A stretch of DNA of 64,000 nucleotides, taken from contig NC_043000.1 in assembly GCF_006345805.1 (NCBI RefSeq), forward strand, positions 66,154,001 to 66,218,000, in the 5' to 3' direction. This document shows positions 10,711-25,200 of the stretch, in pieces. A model generated the notes under the pieces. That model did no database searches. It was not told the DNA's origin and saw only the letters and a list, made by a program, of their open reading frames with translations. Each line of letters opens with the position of its first letter. Position 1 is the stretch's first letter. A program made the translations under genes and the position numbers. Source of the DNA: Octopus sinensis (lineage: Eukaryota).

Positions 10711-13700
10711 GCAATAAGCAAATTAAACTATTGAGGATGAATAAATCCAAAGCTACAGTTAGTTTGATGTCTGCTGTATAATGCTGAAAATTTGTAGAGT
10801 ATCAGTTAATTTTCAATTCACAACAGACATGAATTGGGCATAAGCATAGCTGTGTGGTTAAGAATTTCTCTTCACAACCACATAGTTTCAGGTTCAATCC
10901 CATAACACAGCACTTGTTACAAGTGTATTTTAGTATAACTGTGAGTCAACCAAATACCTTGCAAGGAATTTAGTAGACAGAAACTGTTCAAAGCCCATCA
11001 TATCAGATTCTCTCTTTCTCTCTCTCTGAAGGAGAGAGTGTGTGTGTGTTTGTAGTCTGTACTTTGGATGAAAATCGCTGAATTAAGAATGATGAAATTT
11101 ATTGTCATTTCCTTATCAATAAATTGTTCAGTAATTCTACAAAGGGAATGAAAACTCCTTTCTTTGAAAAGCAAGTAAATGTTGATGATAATAAAGGAAT
11201 CCAGTTATAAAACAATGCCTCAATAACATATATTAATTTCTGTAACCCTTGCTGGAATGGAAATATGATGGAACATAAAACAAAGTACAGGCATACCTCA
11301 TATCATTTCGAGTTACATCACTTTTGCCTTTACATCATATTTTTTTCTTAAAGAAATTAATAGAGAAAATAAATCTTAATTTCAATCAATTTATCCAACT
11401 TTACATCAGTTTCAGTGAACATATTTGAAAGCACAAACATTAAAAAAAACACAAAAATACTTAAAACATCAAAGAGGAACATCAAACACATGTAAAAATA
11501 TGTACAAGCCATTTATTAAAACAGATATAAGCCAATAAAGTTTTACAAATATGTTACATTGGATTTCAAGTGAAGTCATATGTCTTGGAACCAGCCACCA
11601 ACATAAGTTGAAATATTCCTATATTTTATCTCTTACATGTTTCAATCATTAGAGTGCAGCCATGCTGAGGCACCATCTTAAGGAATTTTTAGTCAAACTT
11701 ATTGACCCGGTACTTATTCTATTGGTATCTTTTAACAAAGCCCTAAGTTATGGGGATGTGAACACATCAACACTACTTGTCGAGCAGTGGGAGGGAAGCA
11801 CACACACACACACACATACACATACACATGTATATATACAATAGATTTCTTTCAGTTTTCGTCTACCAAATCCACTCACAAGGCTATATTAGAAAACACT
11901 TGCCCAAAGTGCCATGCAGGAGGACTGAACCCGGAATCATGTGGCTGGGACGCAAATTTCTTACCACACAGTACTGAGTAGCCCTACCTGGCCTTTGGTT
12001 GCCTTTAGTTTGAAAACATTATGAGCAGATCTCTATTCTGAAGATTCTTATATCAGATGGCCTGAAGGTCATGCACATGGCCCTTCCTCCTATTTAAGTT
12101 ATTTAATATATATGTTAACGGGGGGAGGGGGGCTTTTCTGTACTGTATTCTAAGCTTGTTTATATAATTGAATGAACTAACTCAGAATTCATTATAATTA
12201 GATTACATATATCAGGTGTGGCTGTGTAATAAGTTTGCTTCCTACCCACATGGTCTTAGGGTTGTTTTTTAGGATTCATGAAAGAAGTAGGTGAAAAAGT
12301 GAGCCCTAAAAACAACCCCAAGACCTGAAGTTGACACACCTAATCACAAAGCTTTACATACATGAATGAACTCTAAACAATAGAAACTTTCTACAATAAC
12401 TTTCCATCAGAACTTATCCTACAACCTAATTATCATTTAAGACAGCTCCACTTAACCCAGAAAAAATAATCTTAGCAGAGACTATATAATGTCAAGATGA
12501 ACTCAAATATATACCACAGTCCAATGAAGGCTAGCAAGCCAAAATTTCAAAATCACTGTCAACACTATTCTTGAGAAAGAATAATAAACATATGCACTAC
12601 AAAAAATGAGTAATCCTTCAATTTAATGTAAGATTGGTTCTATTTTCCATAATTTGACAAAAAAACGCAAACATTAATAAGTATATATTAATGTTTATTT
12701 TTATGAGGCAATGAAAACAATTTTACATTAGATTGAAGGATTACTCAATATATTTGGTTGAGTATACATTTTTTATACTTTAGTAAGAGTAGTTTTGACA
12801 GTAACTTCAAAGTTTCTTCAAGCTAAAGCATCAACTGGGCCTGAAAATGAAATAGTTGATTAAGAACTAAACAAGTTGTTGTTTAGAGACTGAACAACCT
12901 GAATTAAACAAACCTATAATCAAAAATGTTCGAGTCATGACCCTCCTATCTCCTTTTCGGACATAATGTACCATGAACTATCTTATCCACTGTGTCCTTC
13001 CATTTTTAAAACTGTGAAGTCTGATTTGAGAAACAGTAGTTGCTAATTCTCTCAGGCAAATAACCAAGTAAAGATTTCCTCATTAGCTCAATCTGAAAAG
13101 TTGGAAACCACGATAATTATGTTCAAGCTAAAAAGATTTGTTCTCAAGTGAAGCAAATACAAAGCAAGTTAAGTTTATATAGGTTATTTTGATGATAATT
13201 CCAGTGAAAATAATGAATCCTTTCTGTGAATTCCTAAATATTTGTCTCAACATTTCAAACATTTTAATCCTCAACTTCTGACATATTTACTCATCAGTTT
13301 TATTCTGTTACTAAACTGCAGTCATTCTAGGGCACTGCCTTGATAAGTTTAGTTGAACAAATCAATTCCAGTACTTATTTCAATCTGGTACATATTCTGT
13401 TAGTCTCTTTTTGCTGAACTATTAAATTACAGGGATGTTAACAAACCAACACCAGTTGTCAAGTGGTTGGAGACAAACACAAAGGCATGCACACACATAG
13501 ACATATATGGCTGAACTTTTTCATCATTGGTTGAAAGTATTGCAAAGACAGTAACTTAACCACTTTTGCTTTGCTTCGGCTGTTTCCAGAAGCAAGTGCA
13601 TAGCTCCAAGCCACATGCCCACACACATCATCATCATTTAATGTCTATTTTCCATGCTGGTATGGGCTAGATGGTTTGACTGGAGCTGATAAGCCAGAGA

Positions 13701-14887
13701 GCTACACCAAGCTCCAGTCATCTGACTTGGCCTGGTTTCTACAGCTGGCTTCCCTTCCTAATGTCAACCACTTTATAATGTACGGGTGTCGTCCACATGT
13801 TGTCCATGACTAAACACATACACACAATAAGCTTCTATATAGTTTCTATCTAACAAATTCACTCATCAGACATTGGTTGGCCTGGGGCTGTAGTAGAAGA
13901 CACTTGCCTAAAATTCCACCATGTAGTTGCAAAATGAATTTTTCAACCATGCTTTCCAGTGAGATGCTTTGGTTTTTAAATGCTTTCTGATATAATAATA
14001 ATTTCTATTATAGACACAATGCCAGAAAGTTGTGAGGCTGTAGTTCTCAAAAATAATAAAATAAAGTACCAATCAAGTACAGTTGTTGATGTTGACAGCC
14101 CCAGCATTTAACTGGTACTTTGTGTTATTGACCAAGGAAAAATGAAAGGAAAATTTGGCCAAGGTGGAATTTGAACTGAGATGGTCTGAGCCAAAAATAT
14201 ATGACAGGACATTCTGAAAATTTACTTTCCCATATTTGTGATATAATAATGAAAAGTGAGAGCCTGTGTTTGCATATGTACCCTTCTCTACCCTCCACCA
14301 AGAGAGATTAACAGCTGTCTCTTTTACTTACAAACACCCAATAATTTGGGGGTCCAACTTATAGTTGTATCTACTCTTTGTCTCATCCTCTAGAATAATC
14401 TCTGCTGCTGTCTAGTTGAGGACAGCAGGGTGAAGCAGAGATAGATTTGATTGCTATCTCTAGCAAACTGAATAACCTGGTCACAGTTCCACAGCTCAAG
14501 CAAATACAATTTAATCCTCTGATACTTTTATACTGAAGCTTAAACTGGGTAAAGAGAGAACTAGTTATGGGATGCAAGCTAGAGAATTATTTCCAAATAC
14601 ATATTAGTATCATTGTTTACAGGGTTACATCAATCAAATTAACTAAATAACCGAAGAATTAATGCAACATTAAACTGGGATGCATATGCCACAGTTTACC
14701 CTGGAAGTAATGCAATACTTCTAGAGAGATAAAAATACAACTAAAATATCGAGTAACTAATAATGTATGAATGTGTCTAAACATCTCCTAAGGCCCTCTG
14801 TACTGTAACTTGACAAGCGTCACACAAACTAGGTGCAAAGGAAGATTCAGAGGGTTCATCAACCCATACAAAAAATGTTAAGGTTTA

Positions 14888-15103
14888 TTATATATACATA
14901 TATATATACAGATACATACATTGACGCATACATATATATACACACACATATATATATACATACATATAAACATATGTATATACATATATATATATATACA
15001 TATATACATACATAGATATACATATATACATACATATATACATACATAGATATACATACATGTATATATATACATACACACACACACACACACAAATATA
15101 TAT

Positions 15104-15135
<32 letters not shown>

Positions 15136-15494
15136 CACACATACATATATATATATATATATACAACATACATATATATATATATACACACATACATATA
15201 TATATATACACACATATATATATATATACACACATACATATATATATACACACATACATATATATATATATACACACATACATATATATATATATATACA
15301 CACATACTATATATATATATATACACACATACATATATATATATATACACACATACATATATATATATATACACACATAATATATATATATATATACACA
15401 CATAATATATATATATATACACACATACATATATATATATATACACATACATATATATATATATACACACATACATATATATATATATACACAC

Positions 15495-15526
<32 letters not shown>

Positions 15527-15777
15527 AATATATATATATACACACATACATATATATATATACACACATACATATATATATATACACACATACATATATA
15601 TATATATACACACATACATATATATATATATACACACATACATATATATATATATACACACATACATATATATATATATACACACATACATATATATATA
15701 TATACACACATACATATATATATATATATATACACACATACATATATATATATAGACATACATATAGATACACACAC
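14888..15777. repeat. About 890-bp compound microsatellite/minisatellite, unit CACACATACA(TA)n
   Basis: Directly visible. It is the source of the long Y/I/C/V/M ORFs. Confidence 0.97.
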
Positions 15778-16985
15778 AGAAAGAGAGTTAACTGATTAAA
15801 ATATAACCCATTAAGTATGATACATTTAACTCTGAATCTTAAAATCAAGAACCAGATGGCTGCTTCTAATTAGTGTTATATTTAGAGTTTAATTACAGTG
15901 AAGTCAATGAATGATTTAGTTAGAATTTATCTAGAAAAATCTAGAACTTGTAGATCAACAGGCTGACAATATTATATAAAGTGGTGATTGATCGAATTCG
16001 ACTAATGCTGAGGTGTACTTGTTTAATGATTTATCAACTTTCACAATTCAATTCAATCATCTTATGCCTGCACTTCTTTTAGTGTGTTTTCAATGAAGAG
16101 TTCAATAAAGTATTAATTAATACATTGTATATAGTTGTATATTGTGTTGCACTCTTACAGAGTGCGAAACTTCAATATTATAAAGGAGCAGGTGCGCGGC
16201 GATGTATGTTTCACTAGCGTGACTTGACCTTACATTTTCTAATAATAGTACATGTCATTCAAGACAGTTTGACAATCCAATTAAATCAAATAGATGGATA
16301 ATGATATGTTTCTTCATTATAACACAAACGTGTCTAATTTAAGACACAACGAAATATTTTTAAAAAGAAGTAATATTCTCATTATATTTATATCGAATAT
16401 TAAACTGGAAAAACTGACTGTTGACCTGTTCAAACATGAGAGAAAACAAATGAAAAAAAAAAAAAACATTGATTTGGATATCGAACAGAGGAATGTGGTA
16501 CTCATCATAAATTTGCCTATGATGATACCAGAGTCGACATCAGTCTGTGACTATCGCTTCTAAAACATCAACATCTTATGAATGTAATTTGTTCACGAGT
16601 AAAATTATGTTATAGTAATCGCGGCAAAGCCTTTTAAATGTAGTTATGCAAACACTAACACACTATAAGCGACCCATAGATCAAACAATGAGTGTAAAAC
16701 ATTTTCAGAAGAGAATTCATTCGACTTAAAACGATGATAGAAAAAATATTTTTCTTGTATATGTGTGTGTGCGTGTGTGTGTGTCTGATGAAATAATGCA
16801 TTAGAATATGAAAGTAAATAAAGTTAGCAAAACGAAGGATGGGGTGAATGAATGAAAAGCGTGATGAGGTATATTTCAGAGACAGACAGGGACGGTTGTG
16901 TGATTAGATAGAAATTCCGTTGATAGCAAAACTGAGTTTTATATTAGAAAAAAATTCCAATTGAATTAGCCAAGTCTTTCCCTAC

Positions 16986-17087
16986 CTGCAGTTGGTCGTG
17001 ATGTCCCAAAGAAACAGATCTCCTGTGACTCTTTTTGGCTTTCTTTTCACTAGCAGTACTGCATAAAACATCCCAGTCTTCTGAAGT
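16986..17087 (-). CDS. GLCCI1: Internal coding exon (phase 0-0, 34 codons) of the same GLCCI1/FAM117-family gene
   Basis: ttgtAG|ACT...CAG|GTagg. Translates TSEDWDVLCSTASEKKAKKSHRRSVSLGHHDQLQ, matching the family motif 'T...W....EK..SH.RSASWGS.DQLK'. It splices in frame to exon 1350-1129 across a 15.6 kb intron. Confidence 0.85.
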
Positions 17088-17404
17088 CTACAATACGATA
17101 TTAAAGAAAAAGGTTATTACCAATACCATTCATATAACTATTGATCTACCGGTAATATACAATTTAGGAAGATATTTACATTTAACATCTGTCCACAACT
17201 TCCCATAGCTAATTACTCTTTTTTATATATATAGTTATTATTAACCTGAATTCTTCAGACAATAAAAAAGAAAATGACCACTAAAAACAAAATAAGAATC
17301 AAACAAAATAATAATAATGAAGAGAAAAAGAGAAATGAGTGCCCACCAGATTATCCATTGTATATACACTGTTGTAGCAGTAGACTAACTAGTAACGGCG
17401 AAAT

Positions 17405-17506
17405 CTAACAGCAGCAGCAACAACAACAACAACAAAAGCAGCAGCAGCTTTAACAGTAGTAATAACATCGGCAGCTTTTATCATAACAGTAGTAGCAGCA
17501 GCAGCT
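17405..17506. repeat. Degenerate (CAG)/(CAA)/(TAG) trinucleotide tract
   Basis: cagcagcagcaacaacaacaac...agtagcagcagcagc. Confidence 0.8.
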
Positions 17507-20500
17507 TTCGTGGAAGTGGCGAGGACAAAATATCTTAAGAAAAAAACAAAAAAACAGAATAACTTCTAAAACCTAACAAACAATATTTATACTAAAAATA
17601 TTACAATTGAAGCAATAAAACGAAGGTGCCTCTATATCGTCGTTCGATCTGGTGGAAATAGTAGCTAAATGTTCTTCAAATTTCACCCTAACAATCTTAG
17701 AGAACAGAAGGACACATTTGATAATGTGGTCCCAGATATACTTATACCTCAAAATAATACGGGATAATCATGGCTGGAACACAGTTAAACATTGTTTTGT
17801 TCGATCAAGACTGACTTAGGGTTAAACATCAACAACAATGATTTTCAATACAAAAGTTGTGTTTATATGAATGATTTAAGCTACAAAAAAAAGTAGAAAA
17901 TATTGGTGAGAAGTGTTGAGATGCTTACAGCGTGATAAGAATGGTTTAAAAAGATATTCACGATTATGTTACGATAAAAATTCTAGACTTATTCCAAATA
18001 TGCAATATAGCATTATAAAATATATATAAATAAAGAATTGGTTATCACAAGGTCAACCCAGATCGAATAAACCTATGAAAGTAGGCATACCGGTCGTGAC
18101 TATCACGTTTATTTTGTTTATTAATTTTTTTCAATCATATATAGTATATTTAGGACTATATTACCTGAGTTTTTCAAAATAGGAGTCTTTGATTTGAAAT
18201 GAATTTGGCTGCTATTTATAGCAAATCGAATATTGGCCTACAAATAACGCAATTTAAGTGTACGATATACATGTAAAGATTTTAGTTAATAATTTAATGC
18301 ATTAGATGATTAATTACCACATAGAACTTAAGTCTACAATATTCAAAAGGACAGTTATAGCATATATCCAAATAAAATGTGTTTGGTGATTTACTTAAAA
18401 AAAAACGTCTTGCCTTTAGCAATTTCCTACACAATGCAACCTTAAAACAGGTGTGTGTTTTTAAATAGATTAATAAAAAAGAAAAAAACTCTTTATAGAT
18501 ATTAAGAATGTTAATATCCCTGTTATGATTAGTGATCATCATCATCATCATCATTTATAATTGATTTCTATGTAGACATGGCTTGTATAGTAGTAACTTT
18601 CTGAACCAGTTCTTATTTGGGGGATACTGTCATCCTAAATGAGCTGAACAGCAACTATGTTCCATTCATATATCCTATTTTTGACATAGTTTCTACAACT
18701 GGATATGTTCTCTGTCACCAGCCTTTTTACAGAGTGGTCTGGATGCATCTTATGGCACCAGGTCTAGAGAGGTTGTCGTGTCCTCAGCAAGATGAAAAAG
18801 TCTTCTCTATCCTTTTTGTCTCTGTTCATTTGGCAACCACTTTATATAGAAAGAAAACTGGTAGAAAAATGTAGATTCAGTTTCAAATCCTGGCTTGCAA
18901 TCTTGGAAGCTATTTGTTACATCACTCTTCCCCTTAGAGAGTTTGTCAAAAGCAAACAAATGATAATAGGAAAAATTTCAGAAAAGTGCTCAATGTGAAA
19001 GAAAATTCAAAATTATGAATCTAGGATTTAACAGTTGAAAGACTTCAGAGTAACTGGAAATGCAATAGAGATATTTTTTCTGATATATGCAGCTCAAAAG
19101 TCAGTTCAGATAGTTTAATTTTCATCTCCAATTGTCATATCTTCACAGGAATGCATCATCTGGTAGAGAAAGTGGCAATTCTTAAGTTGGGTGTCAACAG
19201 ACTGTAATGATTATTGTAGAATTTTATAAAGAAGTCATTTAATTCTTGAGTCAGAAGTTATAAAGTGTAATGATAATGTGCACACATTGGCACATAAGCA
19301 TCACAAAGTGTAACAATTTATACGTAGCATTTAAATGAAAGAAAAAAATATTGTTAATTGAAACGGCTCTATGTTTATATCGTCATCATTACAATATAAG
19401 ATACAACTTCTTCAAGTCGTAGTTATATAATGATAATTTTCCATTCTGTAGGTAATTAGTTTCTCCTTTTGTTGACTGCTAGAAGACTGATAGAAAAGGA
19501 GCGGGAAAAAGTAAGAGAGTCTACCTCTCTGGGATGATAAGTAGACAGAGTGAAAGTTGTATTGCTGCACGATGACAAGCCATAAGAGGAGAGAAATAAA
19601 TGCTCTTCAGCTAGATGTTAAGTAACCAAAGACTCAGAACCAATTCTGGGTTCTGTATTTATATTTTTTCTAACTAAATTAGATCTGATGGAACAAAAAA
19701 TTTTTTCTCTGTAATCAGCCTTGATCTAAGTTTGACTCAAAAGGTTACACATTAACAATTGACACTCAAATTTCCTAGTGCAAAAGCTGAGAACAATAAG
19801 AGAACTTGTAGAAAAATGTAGATTTGGTTTCAACTCTTAGCTTAGAACCTTGGAAGCTGTTCATTACACCTTTCATTTAGATATGACTAAGAGGGTGATT
19901 AGGAGAGAAAGTGATAATGAAAAGAGAACCGAAGTGAGAATGTGAAGGAAGAGAGAGAGTATGAATATGATGGGTATAACAGAGTGATAGGAGTGAAGAC
20001 AGGAAAAGAAAGACAGTGATAGGTAACTATAAATGTTTATTGTCGGTAAAGAAATTGATTAGAAAAACAACATAAGTGGAATGTCAATGAAAATGGAAAG
20101 AGAGGGGGAAAATAGATTGATATATGTCAACAAAAGTGATAGAGAGTGAATAAGGTGAGAGAAAGAGAATGAAAGATTGAAGAATATCGATAAAGATAGG
20201 TGATAGTAAGTGACAATGAGTGGTGGATAGCAACACAAGTGGGTAAGAGAGAAGTGATGAGGAAAGAGAGTGATAGCTAGTAGTAAAGAAGGGTGATGGT
20301 AGGGGCTTGAATAGGGACAGATTAGACACCAACCTTCAGAGCCATCTTAAGGCATAACCTAGGGGCCTCACAGGTCTAAAAGCCCAATTTTGATCTATGT
20401 ATGATGTGGTTTGCAGTCAATAAATAAATATTATAGGACCAAGTTCACTGATTTGCTCAGAAGCTTATAATACTAAGATGGTTCAGCCAACTTTTTTTTA

Positions 20501-21029
20501 CACAGGTGGTATGGTACAGTGAATACAAAAGATGTGGAGTGTTAGACATGAGGTTAAATGGAGAGGTGTGAAGGCAATACTTGGAGACACAACAGGAATA
20601 TATATATGGTGAGAGATCCAATGTGAATATACATTCCAACCTTCATCACCATTTAACATCCATTTTGCCATGCTTAAATAGGCAGACAGGTTTTCTCCAG
20701 CACTGTGTATCAGAAATTATCAGTCTTTTGTCATCTTTTTAGTGAAGTTCAACTTGAGATCAATCTTAACTATTTTATCCCAACTCTTTCTAAGTTTTGC
20801 TCATCAGTATATTCCATCCACATTGGGTACACGGCACATCTTTATTCAACTGACATCCTCAATAGGCTTTACATGCTCACAGCAGTGCAGTCTTCTCTTT
20901 TGCACACTACATCTGACTCCTCTTGTAGCCAGCTCTTTTGTGCTCTGTTATTGGTGTACTCTAACATTATACATCCAGCACAGTATGCCTACTTAATGTC
21001 ATTCAAACCCTCACCAATTTTCCAATGGA

Positions 21030-22250
21030 TTCCAAGACCATGTTTTTCTACAAATCATGAACTTGCAACAATGTAAACTATACATGAATTTACCAAGTTA
21101 TTTTTATCCACTAATCTAAACAGTGAAAATATCTATGAGTTATCTTCTCCTTTCATAACAACCAATTTCTGAAATGAATAACTAAATTCATGTTTTCCTT
21201 CACCTGATTTTCTACAAGTACACTCATTTGTACTAATTTCTTCCTACATATTTCTTGTTTTTTTTACTATTCTTGCTTCAATTAATTTATCTATATCAGC
21301 GAATCATTCTTGTCTCATGCAACTCTGTATATAAAACATTCTCTAATTTTACCAAGTTGTATCAACATACCAAATGTTGGTACTAGCATTGGCACTGCAA
21401 AAGCATTGTTAAATGCAGACAGCTCAGAGTTCCATATTTTCCAGAGTCTACAGAAGTACTCTTTTGTTATTCTGACAAGTCACAACACCAACGTATGCAA
21501 CATTCTCATCAATTCTAAGGTACTTGTAGTTTTCATCATTAGAGATAGGGGAGATTGATGTACATGTTCTCTGTCTGGTCGACAATCTTTCCTCAGTTAA
21601 CTACAATATATGAGCATTTATCTTGCCCAAACTCCATTCCTGTATCTCGTGAGAATGAAGCAACTAGTTCTAGTTGTCTCTTGATGTTGACCATATTATC
21701 AGAACTTTAGGTCACCAACAAAATATGCATGGGTGACATTAATTTTATTCTTTTCTGCATATCCCAGCAGATAGTCTTGGCATTTTGTTAACAGGGATGA
21801 CAAGTGGTTCACTGCCAGTACAACATTACAGATAAATTATCACGTTGGAATATGTCTGTTGATAGCTTAATTCTGTTTGTAAGAAATAGGTGTTGCTTTA
21901 GTAGTCAGTGTAGACCATGTTGTGCTCAGTTTTTCAATGGCATTCACTATAGCAGCTGGTACTTTGGTAAGGTGTAGTGATTCTATCATTCATGAATGAG
22001 GCACAGAGTTGAACGCTTTCTTGTAGTCTAGCTATTTTGTTAAGAGATTACAGTGATGTAATTTGGCTTCCTTAAAGACAGCTTTGTTGAGAAGGAACTG
22101 TTCAGTACAGCACCAGACTTGTTTCTTTCTTCCTATATGTTCATCAGTTATTACATCATTTGTTTGGCAGTGGACTTGGAGAAACATATTCAAACAACAT
22201 GTGTACAGTTTGTACTTAATATTCAAGCATGCTGTGGACCTATAGGTCTT
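21030..22250 (-). mobile_element. Decayed R4/Dong-like non-LTR retrotransposon RT
   Basis: Minus-strand remnants CTEQFLLNKAV...NL....LDYKKAFNSVPHS, IFQRDNLS, THAYFVGDLK, YKYL, FAVP.L..TFG, with stops and frameshifts. Confidence 0.75.
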
Positions 22251-25200
22251 GGCCACATGGGTCTCTTATATGTATGTATCTATGAATTAAGAGAAGGTGC
22301 ATGCCTTAGTGGCTAGAATATTTGGCTCATGATCATAAGATCATGTGTTTGATTACCAGCAGCATGTTGTATCCTTGAGCAAGACACTTTATTTCTCATT
22401 GCTCCAGTCCACTCAGCTGACAAAAATGAGTTGCACTTGTTGTACAAAGGGCCTGTCTTATCAAACTTTGTGTTATGCTGAATCTTGCTGAGAACTATGC
22501 TAAGGGTACACATGTCTGTGGACTGCTCAGCAACTTGCACATATATTTCATGAGCAGACTATTCGATTGATTGTACCAACTGGAATACTCGTTATTGTTA
22601 CCAACAAAGTTCCAGGCAATGTATGCAAACATACATACATGCATACATAAAAGCACACATGTGACTTTGTGTTTGTGTTTGTCCTCCCACCATTGCCTGA
22701 CAACCGGTGTTGGTTTGCTTACATCCCCCATAACTTAATGGTTTAACAAAAGAGACTGATAGAATAAATACCAGACATAAAATAAGTACTGGTGTGGTGG
22801 TGAGGGGGGTGATTTGTTTGACTAAACTCTTCAAAACAGTGCTCTAGCATGGTCATTATCCAATGACTGCAACAAGTAAAAATAAACAAGTATGCGTAGC
22901 CCCAAAGAACATTTTCAAACTCAGTCAGCCTATAAAAATAGTTTATACTTTGAATGAATCCCTGGAGTAATAAAAACTGCCTGGATATATACATGTTCTG
23001 AATCTTTGGAAGTCAAGTCATAAAACAATGAATAATTTATGCAGCTGAAAAGCATTCAATTTGCAGTAGAAAGTATGGAGTGTTTTCAGAAACCAGTTTA
23101 CATTTAATTATCTATGCTAGCTTGGTTATAATGTCTACTCACTTGGAAATATTTGTAAAATGAATATTTACTCTTTATGATCTTATTCCAGCTTTACCTG
23201 TTCTACAATAAGTAACGAGATGATCTCAACTTAAGGATTTTGACATTATTACAATAACTTTCATTAATCATTTTTTGAAAATGAGATAACCTTTCATTTC
23301 CAGCTTACCATTCATTTACAACAGCTATCAAAACTGAAGTGCAGATCATTTAATATGAATTCATTACCTGACCCCTGTCTTGGCATGATTGCACTCATTG
23401 ACTCTTCTTTTTCATTTTGTTCTAATCCTAATTTTGGAATGCTACGGATACAAACACTTTTGGTAATAACAACTAGTTTCAACTATGTAAAATTACTTGG
23501 TCATTATGAACAAGTTTGTTTTCCCAGCTGATACTACAGCTTTTCCATCTGCTGTGAACTTTATTTTCTTTCTTCTGGCGAATATGAGTGACCCAGTACA
23601 GCTATCTGAGTGGATAAGGATATTGACCAGAGCACAAACAGTTTTTTTTTTCTTTCTACCCTAGCCCCCAGTCTACCACTACCATATATTCATGCTAATC
23701 TCCAGAGACTTCATACTATTCATGCACTGAATAATTAGGAATTTGTTTGTGTTTATTATATAAATATATTTATATATATATATATCACATATTATTCACT
23801 ATAAACATAACTGTGCTATTTGATACAGTTGTATAGAATGCACAGTGATCCAGCAGTGAGATAAGAGGCCAATTAATTTAAAAGAGATAGAAAATAACTT
23901 GCTTGTTTGTGCTATCTCTCTCATTTTCTGTTTGTAAAACTGCCAGAAGAACCTCCACTTATCTACAACATAACAAAAACAATATTTGAAAAAAAAAAAA
24001 AAAAAAAAAACCTAGGCCATCACTTCAGAACCAGAAATTACTTCTGCTTTAAACAGCTGCTGAATTCTAAAAGGCACAAGTATGATCCCCATCCCCATCA
24101 TCACCATCAACACACATAAGATAACCGCAGCTCACATATCAGGGATGGAGCAGTTATTATATTCACTGATTGGTAAGGCTTCACCCCCAATGCACTCCAA
24201 CCTATTACACAGTCCCAAAACTTTGTCACATCTATAGTCTTGTACTCAAAAGTCTTTATGGAAATGGTTCTCAATCTTCTTTTTTTTTTTTTTTTGATTT
24301 CCTGACACTGTGGGGATCAAAAAATGTAATTTCCTTCAAATCATATACTGCTGTCTTAAAAACGAAAAAAAAAAAAAAAAAAAAGGAAAAAAAAAGAAAA
24401 GAAAGAAAACACTGAAAGCAATTGTTTTAGGTATACAAACTAAAAAAAATGCAACAGTTGTAGCAGGAGCACTTTTGCTCAAAGATTTCCTTCATCACTG
24501 TTGACATGGGCCAAGAAAAAAACAAACAAACAAACAACTCACACTTTAAAATGAATGGTTCTCATTTAGTGTAATATTGGTTTCAAATTTTGCCACAAGG
24601 TCAGCAAGTTCAGGGGAGGGGGTAAGCTGATTACATCGATCCCAATGATCAATTGGTACTTATTTTATTGCTCCGAAAGGGTGAAAGGCTAAGTTGACCT
24701 TGGTGGAATTTGAACTCAAAACATAAATACAAATGAAATGCTGCTAAACATTTTGCCCAGCATGCTAACAATTCTGCCAGTTCACCACCTTCATTTAGTC
24801 TTAAATTGTACGCAATTTTCACTTTCATCCTACTAAGTACCTGTAATTTATAGAAATTGATTTGACCAACAACATTCCTTTATCTTTAAATGTTAGTGAA
24901 ATGTTACGTAAGTAGATCTTAGAGATTTGGCCAACAAGTACAGCACCTATGCAGTCCCTATATCAGCTTTTCTATAAGGCCATATTGAATTAAGTGATGT
25001 TTTTAGTAGTTAATCTTAACCTGTCCTGATTGAGTATACCTGTAACTAAAGGTGTTCCAACTATGAACATCCCATTCTTTTAAATTTTTGTATCCTCTTT
25101 CTGGTTTCAGCAAAAAGCAATGATAAACCCAGCCCTAATAATTTGGGCTACTGATGTATCTCTTTCATTTCTTGCTTGGGTTCTTGACAACATACCATGT

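Noticed and set aside
14859-15848. Long ORFs of 106-329 aa (Y/I/C/V/M or H/T/Y rich)
   Set aside because: They are translations of a (TA)/(CA) microsatellite, which lacks stop codons by composition.
17405-17540. Ser/Asn-rich coding exon on the plus strand
   Set aside because: It is a short low-complexity trinucleotide tract with no start or splice context.
23368-23482. Candidate minus-strand exon (catAG|TTG...CAG|GTaatg, LKLVVITK...PRQGS)
   Set aside because: It has no similarity to FAM117, and its open frame ends in phase 1, incompatible with the phase-0 acceptor at 17087.
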